A stretch of 64,000 nt of DNA, from positions 11,486 to 75,485 of IMG/VR virus record IMGVR_UViG_3300046533_000687; one strand, given 5' to 3'. This document shows, piece by piece, positions 48,983 through 59,200 of this stretch. A program made the translations under genes and the position numbers. This stretch comes from a virus. Every line of letters starts with the position of its first letter. Within the stretch, counting starts at the first letter, position 1. The notes under the pieces are model-generated. The model worked only from the letters and a program-made list of their open reading frames with translations, was not told the DNA's origin and made no database searches.

Positions 48983-50008
48983 GAGGGCGGCGCGAATGGC
49001 GGTGTGCCACTGATAGGCAGACTTGTCCGCAAGAATGGCCCGCAACAGATCCTCCAGCGCGGGCAGCGCCACGAAGGCGCGGGCGTCGGCTTCCTCACAG
49101 ACCACGGCCACGATACGACCACCGCCCAGCACGAGCCATCCGCCCATGAGGTCGCTGTATTCCACGGTGAGCGGGGCGGGTGTCCTCGGCATCATATCTC
49201 CAATCCTTGAAATATACAGTTCGTGATCAGCGCGTCTGGAGGTGAAGTAAACAGGAAGCGTCCGAAGAATGAATAATGGCGCATGTCGACCGCGTATTCA
49301 TCGGGTCCGGTCAGGAAGACGCAGCGCGTCACGATCAGATCCTCAGCCAGTGGATGCTGCTGGATGACCAGTCCGCCGCGTCTCAGTTCGTCGTGGATGA
49401 TCATTTATCTCCTCTTTTCACATACGACCGCATCTGCCGCCGCACGAGCGGCGTCTTGCAGATCGGGCACAGCCCCCACGGATGATCCTCTTCTGAATGA
49501 TACGTGCGCTCGCCAATGTACTCACAGTTCGGGCAGCGGATGGGCTGACGGGGTAGGGAACCGACGCCGATGCCGCTCATATTCTCCTCAACCACTTAAA
49601 CCGCCAACCGAACAGCACGTAGGTCCGCGTATAGCCGTAGCGTTCCGAAAAGATCAATGGCGCGTCTGCCTGCTTCCATGCGAGGCCAGGACCGTTGCGC
49701 CAGAAGCGGAACCAGGTCATCTCATCCACCTCAGCAGCGCCCAGGCCGCTATCGGCCACAGGATGATGACGACGATCGACCCCCACTCCGTCTTACGCTC
49801 GTCCTTCTTCACGCTGATCGTCTTCATCGTGTCGAGCAGCAGGAGCAGCGCCGCGAAGTGCCAGAAGTTGATGCTCGGCGCGCCGAGCGGCACGATGAAC
49901 CACGCCCAGGCCGGGTAGAGCCACCATGCACGCCAGGTGATACCAGCCAGGATGATGCCCATGATGATCGGCGTGCCGATGACGAGCGCGCCGATGGAGG
50001 TGAGGATT

Positions 50009-50203
50009 TCAGACATAGATGTCCTCGGCCCTCGGCCCCTTATCCGCCATCACGTCCTCGAACGTCACCTCCTGGCCCCTGGCCAGCTCCTCCAGGCTGC
50101 AGTTCTTGAGCGCCGAGCGGTGCGCGAAGTACTGCTTGTTATCGGTGCCGAGGATGAACATGAAGCCCTTGTCCTTGTGGATGCTTTGAATGGTGCCGGT
50201 CAT
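50009..50203 (-). CDS. Cold-shock domain protein
   Basis: GTI...KGFMFI (RNP1-like), YFAHRSAL (RNP2-like) and KGPRAE. Confidence 0.88.
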   Translation of the reverse strand: MTGTIQSIHKDKGFMFILGTDNKQYFAHRSALKNCSLEELARGQEVTFEDVMADKGPRAEDIYV

Positions 50204-50381
50204 GCTGATTTCCTCAATTCCTCAATCTTACGTTGTTGGATATGCCCACACTTGACGCACTCGCGTCGCTGCACTTCGTCGAACGTCTGGCCGAACATGG
50301 GCGTATAGAGCGACCGCGTGGCGACGTGCCACTTGGTAAACTCGAGATGAAGGCATGTAAATCGACGAAACCACGCGAACA

Positions 50382-51227
50382 TTATTTTCCCTCCGGAAAC
50401 TTTCCCAACTTCGCCTCTCCCGCCAGCCGCTTCACGTCGTCCGGAAAATCGCTCTTCAGCAGCCAATCCCAGTAGTCGTTCGGAATATCACGCATCGCTT
50501 TGCCGCGATACTTGCCAAATGTCACGCACGGCACGCCGTCGATAAACATGAACTTACCATCCGAATCGATCGTATCTCCCCACTGCGCCTTGTGCAGCGT
50601 CTCGACGTCCCTTGGCAGTGTCGTATGCACCTCCAGCTGCTTCGCGATGACCGCGGCCGCTGCCCGCACGTCGGACAACGCGCCGTGCGCGCCGTCGTGC
50701 TTCAGGCCGACATACTTCTCATGCAGGTGTGACAAGGAGCGCGGCACGGCCAGGCGCTCCAGCTGCCCGCTGTCGACGATCCGTGCTCCGGCGTAGGACC
50801 ATGGAACACCTGCACGGCGAAACTCGGCGGACAAGATGCGAAGATCGAATCTAACATTTTGGCCTGCTGCATCAAAGTCGGTGAAGCCTTTTGCGAGATT
50901 CGCGGCGAGCTGCTTGAAGGTTGGAACGGGCTTAAACACATGCCCCTCGTGTCCCGTGATCTCACGATCCGACAAGCCGCACTCGCGACAGAGTTTCATC
51001 GAGTCGTCTGTGATGCCGTGAATCTTCCTCGCCCCCTCCGGAATCGGCACACCCGGATTAACCAGCGAGCACCACTCCTTCGTCATGCGAGCTGTTCGTT
51101 TTCCTGTCAGGTCGTCAGGCTCCCACACCTGAAATGCGATCTCCACGATGCGGTCCTGGTCGACGTTGATGCCGGTCGTCTCGGTGTCGAGGACGATCAG
51201 CTTGCGGGTGAGGTGGATGGGGATCAT
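50382..51227 (-). CDS. DEDDh 3'-5' exonuclease (DnaQ/epsilon-like)
   Basis: VLDTETTG, IHGIT, GQNVRFD and HGALSDV; C-terminal FGKYRGK module. Confidence 0.9.
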   Translation of the reverse strand: MIPIHLTRKLIVLDTETTGINVDQDRIVEIAFQVWEPDDLTGKRTARMTKEWCSLVNPGVPIPEGARKIHGITDDSMKLCRECGLSDREITGHEGHVFKPVPTFKQLAANLAKGFTDFDAAGQNVRFDLRILSAEFRRAGVPWSYAGARIVDSGQLERLAVPRSLSHLHEKYVGLKHDGAHGALSDVRAAAAVIAKQLEVHTTLPRDVETLHKAQWGDTIDSDGKFMFIDGVPCVTFGKYRGKAMRDIPNDYWDWLLKSDFPDDVKRLAGEAKLGKFPEGK

Positions 51228-52209
51228 TTGAGACCCGCCAAGATTTCAAGCGCCTTCGCCATCCGCCCAAAATAGTAGGTCAGAAAGGCGAGTTGCGTGA
51301 CCGAGAACGCTATCGCAAAGACCAGCGCGTTTTCTTTTTTCACAAGCACCCCAACTCCTTCAATCTCCTCACGAACGCCACCGTCAGCCGGTACGCGGCA
51401 TCGGGTTCGCGGTACACCATGGCGCAGTGCACGACAGCGAACCACGAGTCGCGGATGGTTATCTGGAAACGGGTCATGCCTTCGGCTCGTTCCTCTTCTG
51501 CCACGCCTCGACCAGGTCCATGCAACACTCGACGCGGCGCAGGATAGTATCTTTGAACTTCCCTTCAGGCATACCCGAAGCGACCTTCATGAACTCGTCA
51601 CAGTAATGCTGAATCCAGCGCTGGTCGATGGGAGAACGGTCGCGTTCGGTCATCATACGCCCCACTTCGTCCCGCGAAAATAAATATAGCGGCTCAACGC
51701 AGACACGGCGTTGTAGAGCAGCACGGATCCGGAGCTGCCGCTCCCGCACAGGTAGCGCCAGCAGGCTTCCCTTGCTTCGTGCAGGGCTGGGTTCATCGGG
51801 TCGTCAGGCATGCTCGCACCTCTGCGTCAGCCGCTCCCACAGCGCCATCGTCAGCTTCGGCAGCCAGCGCTTCCAGCGGCTCGGACTGCCGCCGTACTTT
51901 ACGACGTGTCCGCGATGCATCTCGGGTGGATCAGGTCTCGCCAGCAGGTCGGAGAACGCCTCCCACCTCACGATGTCGACGACGCCGGCCATGCGGGGGA
52001 CGGTGACGTACTCCGGCCGCTTGAACATGGCGTTAGGGTCCCAGGTGGTGAGGTTCATGGTTTCACAGCCTTTTCTACGATTGCTCGGGTCAGCTCGAGA
52101 AGCCTTTCTTGAGGAACTGCTACGATCATCACACGTATGAAATGCGCAGCCGTCTCGTCGCTCCAGCGGATCTGCCTGAGCTGATAGTCGAGTTCATCCC
52201 AGAAGCTGC

Positions 52210-52512
52210 TCATTTCACCATCTCGTCGATCTGGTCGCTCACCATCCGCGAGATGGAGATGCCGGCCTCGTCAGCCTTCTTCTTGAGCGCATCCTTCGTC
52301 TCCTCGGAGACGTTCACGCCGACGAACTTCGTCCTATCGCCCTTGACATACGGGCGCCAGGCGCCGGACTCTTTCAAGATCTGCAGGATGCGCTGCCGCC
52401 CGAGCTGAAACTTCCGCTCGCAGTCGGCCATCTTGCGGTGTCCATCGAGGTAGTATGCACAGATCGCCGCGTTGCGCTCTTCCATCTGCTTTGCCTTTTC
52501 TTCCGGGGTCAT
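52210..52512 (-). CDS. Transcriptional regulator, HTH fused to ribbon-helix-helix
   Basis: RNAAI...KMADCERKFQLGRQRILQIL (HTH) and FVGVNVSEETKDALKKKADEAGISISRMV (RHH). Confidence 0.65.
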   Translation of the reverse strand: MTPEEKAKQMEERNAAICAYYLDGHRKMADCERKFQLGRQRILQILKESGAWRPYVKGDRTKFVGVNVSEETKDALKKKADEAGISISRMVSDQIDEMVK

Positions 52513-52654
52513 AGTAGCAACCACTCCCTCACATGCCGTTCGCCTGGATATGTCTGCATGTACTCGACGGCCGCCTGCCTGTCGGTACAGCCGGTCGGCA
52601 CCCACCTGCCGTAGTCCGTGTGATCGCTGACGCGTGCCCACCATCTTTTCATTG

Positions 52655-53713
52655 TTAGGTTCCTCTCATCAACATTATCACCCCGACGTGGTCGTCGCCA
52701 TCCGTCAGCAGCATCGCGCTGCGCTCATCTTTCAGCGAGATGGTGACGTCACCCGCCGCGTCCAAAAAGTCAAGGACGTAGCCGCCGTTCACGCAGACCT
52801 TGAGCGGTACGCCCTCGTAGCCGATCGCGACCGCCTCGTCTGCCGACCCGACCTCCGCCGACCGTGACGACAGCTCCATCGTCCCAGGCGCGATGCTCAG
52901 GTAGGTGGCTAGATTGTCCTCTGAGACGAGGATGACGCGCTTCAGTGCCGAGGTGAGCGCGGCCCGGTCGACCGTGAACGCCTTGTCATTGTCGCGCGGG
53001 ATGATCCGCTCATACTTCGGGAACTCCCCGTCGATCGTGCGCGATGTCATCGTCATGGTACCATGCGTGACGTGCAGCTGCCTGCCGACGGTCAGCGCAA
53101 CCTCACCATCCGGCAGGCTGGCGAGCAGGTCCAGAGCCTTCGCCGGGATGATGATGCTCGCGTCCGGTCCCTGCCAGCCGGCCGTGGCCATCGACAGCCG
53201 CTTGCCGTCCGTCGCCACCATCGCCGCGCCGCCGCCGACGAACTTCAGCAGTGCGCCCTTCAGGATGAACTTCGACGCCGTGGCGTCGACCGCGTACCGC
53301 GTCCTGGTGATCAGCTGCTTGAGCGCCGCCGCGTCGATCGTACCGGGCTCACCTTCGACCGTCGGCTGCGTCGGGAAGTCGTTCACCGGCATCGACTGCA
53401 GCTTGGACGTGAAGCCGCTGCACTTGACGACGACCTGCTGCCCGTTCGCCGTGATGCTGACGTCGGCATCGGGGAACTGCTCGACGAGCGCCAGGAACCG
53501 TGCCACCGGTAGCGCGACGCGGCCGGGCTCGACGACGTTGGCCTGACAGGCTGTCGAGATGCTGACCTCAAGATCCGTCGCGTAGGAACGAAGCTGGTCG
53601 TCGGCGGTCAGGAGGGCGTGGCCGAGGATGGCGATCGACGGCTTCGTCGGGACGACGCGGTTGAGGAGGCGGAGTTCGACGGCAAGGACTTGCGAGTTGA
53701 CTATGATGTTCAT
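52655..53713 (-). CDS. dnaN: DNA polymerase III beta sliding clamp homologue
   Basis: ATDLEV, MVATDGKRL, IIIPAKAL, IDGEFPKYERIIP, N..YVLDFL and VIMLMR. Confidence 0.93.
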   Translation of the reverse strand: MNIIVNSQVLAVELRLLNRVVPTKPSIAILGHALLTADDQLRSYATDLEVSISTACQANVVEPGRVALPVARFLALVEQFPDADVSITANGQQVVVKCSGFTSKLQSMPVNDFPTQPTVEGEPGTIDAAALKQLITRTRYAVDATASKFILKGALLKFVGGGAAMVATDGKRLSMATAGWQGPDASIIIPAKALDLLASLPDGEVALTVGRQLHVTHGTMTMTSRTIDGEFPKYERIIPRDNDKAFTVDRAALTSALKRVILVSEDNLATYLSIAPGTMELSSRSAEVGSADEAVAIGYEGVPLKVCVNGGYVLDFLDAAGDVTISLKDERSAMLLTDGDDHVGVIMLMRGT

Positions 53714-53843
53714 TCGCCTTCCTCTTCACGCCTAGCATCGAGCGCAATCTGTGCACGATCGATCATCTCTTCCAGCAGTTCAACGTAGAGGTGATCCGGA
53801 AACTCGTCGATTAGATCTTGAATCTTTTTCGCCCATTCTTCGT

Positions 53844-54419
53844 TCATACTGCTCCTACTTCGTTCCCGATCGTCGTCCATCCCGTCCGCTCGCGGCGTGC
53901 GAACAGCTCGAGGTATGGACCGGCGACCAGCGACTCGACGATCGAATAGAACTCGTCAGGCTTGGCCGAGTGCCTGGTGTTGATGGCCGACAGCCCGGCG
54001 AGGTCGAGGTCGGTGACGAACGTGCTCCGCGTAGAGTGGTTCAGCAACTCGGGTCTACCGCGCGTACAGACGAGGCACGTCTCGTGCTCGGCGCGCAGCG
54101 TCCGTCCCATCCCGAACCACCGCTGTCCAGTACTGGTCTTCTTCAGCCAGACGAGATCCGTCTTGACGACGAAGCCCCACGCCTGCGCGACGTCGAGTGC
54201 TGATTGTTGTTGGGATGCAACACGCCACAAAAACAAGACCGCGTCGTTGGCGATCGGCTGGTCCATGATCGTCACGCTGCCATGCCCCTTCACCGCCAGC
54301 TGGCAGATATCGTACGTCGTCATCAGCGGATAGTGCTTCGCCGCGCCACGTCCCTCTCCGGGCAGCTTGTCGTTGAAGGGCCACGGCGGGTCCGCACAAA
54401 TAACCTTGAATGGAGTCAT
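53844..54419 (-). CDS. MT-A70 family N6-adenine methyltransferase
   Basis: ADPPW, LFLW, HSAKPDEFY and YLELFARR..GW..GNE. Confidence 0.9.
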   Translation of the reverse strand: MTPFKVICADPPWPFNDKLPGEGRGAAKHYPLMTTYDICQLAVKGHGSVTIMDQPIANDAVLFLWRVASQQQSALDVAQAWGFVVKTDLVWLKKTSTGQRWFGMGRTLRAEHETCLVCTRGRPELLNHSTRSTFVTDLDLAGLSAINTRHSAKPDEFYSIVESLVAGPYLELFARRERTGWTTIGNEVGAV

Positions 54420-54856
54420 AGCGTCGTCATCAATCGCTGCATGAAGTCGTCCATGCGCCTCTTGTTGTCAGGATCGTTCCACCATCTCGAGGCTCCCGAC
54501 GGATGCGGCACGACGGTCACCTTGGCGTGGTTCAGCGCGAACGTCTCGAAGTACGCGACGCTCGTCAGCCTGAACGCCGAGGCGACGCGCTTGCCGAGCA
54601 ACAGCACGACCTGCCCGACGCCGAACCGCTGCTCCATCACGCGGGCGACCCGCGCGGCCTGCTTCATGTTGAACGTCATGCCGCCGGCAGCATCCTGCGG
54701 CTGTTCGTCAAGCAGGTTCACACGGTCGAAGGTCGTCAGGAACTCCTCGAAGCTGATGCCTGCACATGCCGCCAGCCGCGCTCCCGTCCGCCCCTCGAGC
54801 GGCCTGCTCGGGTCCCAGCTCTTGCCGGGCGCCTCGCCGATGATGAGCGGTTTCAA
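54416..54856 (-). CDS. Uracil-DNA glycosylase superfamily protein
   Basis: IIGEAPG (motif A), GRTGARL, LLLGK and VPHPSG (motif B). TTG start overlaps the upstream stop, with GGAGAGG RBS. Confidence 0.8.
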   Translation of the reverse strand: MKPLIIGEAPGKSWDPSRPLEGRTGARLAACAGISFEEFLTTFDRVNLLDEQPQDAAGGMTFNMKQAARVARVMEQRFGVGQVVLLLGKRVASAFRLTSVAYFETFALNHAKVTVVPHPSGASRWWNDPDNKRRMDDFMQRLMTTL

Positions 54857-55623
54857 AATAGGTACCTCTCCCCTTCTTCTCCATGCCTCAGAGGCCGCTG
54901 CGGAAACGTCCTCCAGATGTTCGACGGGAGGATCGTCTGCTTTCCATACCGCAGTCCCTGCTGAAAGACGCCCGGCCACCGCTTCAGCAGCCCGGCATTG
55001 CGTGCTTCACGTCCTCCGGAGAGGTACATCTCCGTGTTGCCTCCGCTCATCTTGCACGACGGCGCCTTGTCCATCAGCAGTCGGTTGAAGATGATCGTGC
55101 ACCATCCGGCGTCGAGAACTTGCAAGCTGTAGTCTGTATCTTCACACAGCTCGTCACGCCACGTACACGGCACGTCGTTACGCACCCAGACGCAGCTGTA
55201 CGCCTGCCTGTTGATCGAATATGGTTTGTCATGCGTCCAGGCGAACGTCGTCTGACAGAGTGAGGCGATGGCGACGTTCACGTAGGGCTCGAGCTCCACC
55301 TCTGCGGCATGAAGGACGAGATGCGCGAGCTCCTTGCGGTTCTTGTCATCACGGATGCCGAACCACCTGATGTTGTCGTCGACCTGCCAGTGCGACGCAT
55401 GACCGGCGGCCTTCGAGTGCTCCTTGATCGATCTCCGCGCGTAGGCGATGCCCTTGTTCGACTCTGGCAGCACGACCAGCTCGACGCCTGGATGCTGCTT
55501 CGCGTAGTCTTCGGCTTCATGCGGCTCGACGACGAGCGTGAAGGGGACGTCCAACTGCCTGGCCGTCAGGCAGGACGCGGCGCGGCCGCGCGAGGGGACG
55601 TAGATGGGGGATCTAGGCTGCAT
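54853..55623 (-). CDS. TAGT/GREB1-like (TET-associated) glycosyltransferase, stand-alone
   Basis: PIYVPSRGR, LVVEPHEAEDY, HWQVDDNI, EDTDYSLQVL..GWCTIIFN and MSGGNT. Confidence 0.8.
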   Translation of the reverse strand: MQPRSPIYVPSRGRAASCLTARQLDVPFTLVVEPHEAEDYAKQHPGVELVVLPESNKGIAYARRSIKEHSKAAGHASHWQVDDNIRWFGIRDDKNRKELAHLVLHAAEVELEPYVNVAIASLCQTTFAWTHDKPYSINRQAYSCVWVRNDVPCTWRDELCEDTDYSLQVLDAGWCTIIFNRLLMDKAPSCKMSGGNTEMYLSGGREARNAGLLKRWPGVFQQGLRYGKQTILPSNIWRTFPQRPLRHGEEGERYLF

Positions 55624-55990
55624 GGGCAAGGCAAATTTGATCCACGAGCCACCGCATGTCAAATCCGACGATGAAGACGTCGGGTTCCATCGTCTTGAGC
55701 CGCTTCGGATGCACGATCAGCGTGCGCTTGATACCGCGCCGCTCTTCCCAGATGATGTAGCGCGCATAGCCGCAGGCGGCGAGCCGCAGCATCGTCAGCT
55801 CTTGGATGCCTTCCGACGTGATGCCTGGCTGCGCATGCTTCGCTTCCCACCAGCTCGTACGCCCGCCCATCGTCACCGAGATGTCAGGGATGCCGGAGGT
55901 GAAGCGGTCCTCATGTCGGAGCGCGACGCACTTGAGCGTGGCACGCAGCTCGCGCATGAGGGAGGACTTGTATTCAGCTTCGCGTTTCAC
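55613..55990 (-). CDS. VRR-NUC-like PD-(D/E)xK nuclease
   Basis: E...K, GIPDI, WWEAK and downstream Q; typical position after PolA. Confidence 0.7.
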   Translation of the reverse strand: MKREAEYKSSLMRELRATLKCVALRHEDRFTSGIPDISVTMGGRTSWWEAKHAQPGITSEGIQELTMLRLAACGYARYIIWEERRGIKRTLIVHPKRLKTMEPDVFIVGFDMRWLVDQICLAHAA

Positions 55991-56199
55991 GAAAAGACCT
56001 TCTGCGCCCTCAGCAACTTGAGCATGGTCTTGCACGCGTCGCACTTACACGGTTCCACGAGCGACATCTTACGCAGCGCGTCAGACTTCTTCTCTTCGAC
56101 GATCGCATGTGTCCGCTCGTCGCTGACGATGAATCCCGGCTTGAGATAGATCCACCATCCATCAACGTCATGCTCGATGTTCTGGATTCGCTTGTCCAT
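55987..56199 (-). CDS. Small hypothetical protein with its own promoter
   Basis: GGAGG RBS; C-terminal CKCDAC. Confidence 0.6.
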   Translation of the reverse strand: MDKRIQNIEHDVDGWWIYLKPGFIVSDERTHAIVEEKKSDALRKMSLVEPCKCDACKTMLKLLRAQKVFS

Positions 56200-56215
56200 C
56201 TCCACCTCCAGATCC

Positions 56216-56244
56216 ATTGTAGCACATCTAAAAAGATTTGTCCA
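56216..56244 (-). promoter_or_regulatory. Sigma70-type promoter
   Basis: -35 TGGACA (56244-56239), 17-nt spacer, -10 TACAAT (56221-56216). Confidence 0.7.
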
Positions 56245-56264
56245 TAGCCTTGTTTTGCTAAGGA

Positions 56265-59200
56265 TTACTTGCATTCCGCCCAGTTCGGCCCGGACTTGGT
56301 CGACCACAGGATGGGAACCTTCAGCGCGTAACTCTGCGCGTTCAGGATCTCGCTCACCCGCGATCGCGTCTCTGGCAGCGTCGCGTCGCCGCCCACCGCG
56401 TCGTGGATGGTCAGCCGCATGACGAAGCCCGTGTGCTTGCGCTCGCGGTGCAGCTCGGCAAGCTTCCGCTTCATGATGTCAGCGCCGGTGCCTTGAAGTA
56501 CGCGATTCAATCCGATGTACGTCTTGCTGTTTCCGGCGAAGCGCGAACGCCTACCGACGAGCGTCTTCACGTAGCCGCGGTGCGGGAGCTGACGGTGGAG
56601 CGCGTCACCGCGCTTGCAGAACTCGTCGCATGCCGGCTTCGCCAGATGCGAGGCGCGGTCGAGCAGCGCGCCGGCCTCCGGCATCATCTTCCGATAGATG
56701 GCCTCGATCTCCTTCGTCGTCTTCAGGCGCGGATCATCCCAGCGCTTCATCCTGCGGATCTCGTCACCCTCGTCGGTGGTGATGAAGCCCATCATGACGG
56801 CGAGCTTGATCGACTTGGCGCCGTACTGGAACGCGAAGTTGTAATTCTTCGTATGCCCGTACAGCATGTCGGGCTTGTACTCCTTCAGCATCTTCCACGT
56901 GACCTTGTGATACGAGACGGGCTCCTCGCCGCGCGCGAGACGGTTCATGTCGTCGGCATACTCCGCGATCAGCTTCCGATTGTCCATGTAGTGCACGAGC
57001 AGACGCTGCTCGATCTGCATGGCGTCAGCCTCGAGGTACTGCACTACCCAGTCGGAACCTGCCGTCGCAGATCCAGGAACGAACAAGGCCCTCGGGAACA
57101 GCTCGTCGCCGAACACCGCGAAGTGATTGTCGTGGTTCGGAACCTGCTGCACGTAGCCGATCGAGAACCGGCCGCTCACCGTCCCGCCGTCGTCACCCTT
57201 CAGCTGATTGATGTCGAAGCGCATGATGCCGTCCGCGCCGACCGCGTCACGATATGCCTTGAACGTCTTGCTGTCGAGCGACGCGTACTGCGCCGCGAGG
57301 TGCGCCTTCCTGACGATCGGATGATCGATGCCGGCGATGATGGCCTCGGCGTTGCCGTCCGTCGGCGGCAGGCCGAGCCGCTCGAAGAGCGCCTGCCAGC
57401 CCTTCGCCGTGTGGTCGAACGGGAACCCGCACTCGGCATGGACCTCGCTCAGGAGCTTGTCATGCCTCTCGTTGCACTCAGCGTGGTACTGTTCAAGTAA
57501 TGCCAGATCAAGAGGCGACCCATTCTTCTCCATCTCGACGACCGCCGGGATGACGTCATCCTCCAGCTGCTGCACGTCGAGCAGCTCCTGCTTCTCAAGC
57601 TCCGGGTACATGACGTCACGCAGCCGGCCGACGACCTGCGCCGTGTAGCGCTCGCGCGACGCGACCTCGGAGGCATGATGCTCGTGGTGCCGCGACTCGT
57701 CGACGCGACCGACCTCCACGTTGCCCGGCAGGTAGTCGAGGGCCAGCGTGTCGAGGGCGAACGGCTTGCGGCCATCCTTGCGATACTTGCCACGCTGATC
57801 GTCAAGCAGTGCCGCCGTGTGCTGAATGTCGCTGAACGTGCAGCCATGCGCCTCCAGGTCGACGCCCCACTCGCGTGCCATGTGCATGTCGAAGCGCGTG
57901 TTGGCGTTGATGATCTTTTTGCCGCGCAGCTGCTCGCAGGCCCACCGCTTGACGGCGGCCTCGTCGAGGTTGCCGCCGTACTGGAAGCGAAATGGCAGGA
58001 AGCGCGTCAGCTGGCCGTCAAGCGTGCTGACAGTGACGCCGACCGGTCTGGCGCCCTTCGTCCAGTCAGCCCCGTCGGTGGCGAAGTTCAGCACGACCGC
58101 GTCGATGCCAGTCAGCTCGGGCGGCTCGTCGGCTATGTATGAGGCGTCGACGCGCGGCGGCTCGCTGCCGAGGAACTGGGCGAGGGTCTGCGTCGGCTCT
58201 TCAAATAAGGTTGCTGATGCTGACCTTTCGGCATCATGAACTGATGGGCGGCTAACCCCCGCCGCAGCACCAGCAACCTGCTCCGAATCTCCACCGTTCG
58301 GAACCGACGGCTCTTGACGACGGGAGCTGTCAATCCATTCTTCGGCGAGCGCGATCAGCGCGTCGCGGTGCTTCTTGATCACGGCGCGCTCGACATCCGT
58401 CAACGTTGACGCATCAGAGACGAAGAATTTGCCGTCGCGTGTCAACAGACGATGTCCCTTTACGGCCAGGTAGTCCTTGAAGAATTGCGGGTCGAACGGA
58501 ATCTGCTCTGGCTCTTGTCCAGATGGTCTGTCAGGCTCCTGAGGATTGGCTGTGGCCGTCTTTTCCTCAGGCTGGCTAGGCTTATCTATCCCGGCCGGTT
58601 CGATGGCTGCCACCGGCTGGAGGAAGGAGCTCCACGATGGCCCCTTTGTGGCCGACGGCCCCGCCGGTCTTGCCTTCGGTGAGAAGCTCCTTGGCGCTGA
58701 GAAGCTCCTCGCCGGTGATGGGCGCGGCGCTCGCTCGGGCTCATCCACCTCGACCAGCTCCAGCCCGTACTCGTCCACGCCCTCCGGCACGACGCCCGGC
58801 CGCGGAATCAGCGCGTTCCGGCGAAACTGCCGATAGTCCACGTAGTGCTGCCAGCGATGGAACCGCCTGCCGACAGTCGTCACGTCGGGATGCTGGCGCT
58901 TCAGCGACGCGGCCATCCGCCACCGGCCGTCCTTCTCAAGGATGGCGATCCCCTCCGGGCACGTCGGGCTGACGTCGACCTCGCAATCCGGGCACGTCGC
59001 GGCATGCGCCTCCCACGCCTTGGCGATCGCCTCCGCGCCGAGATAGATCGGCGTGTTGCCGCCCTTGACCTGCATGGTCGGCATCTTGTAGGCGTTGAAG
59101 TTGTTGAACTGCACCGTGCACCATCCGTCCTTCAGCGCGCGGAGGCAGATGTCGGTGTCGTCGTTGTAGACGTCACGGTGCCGATACGGAATCTTGTTGT

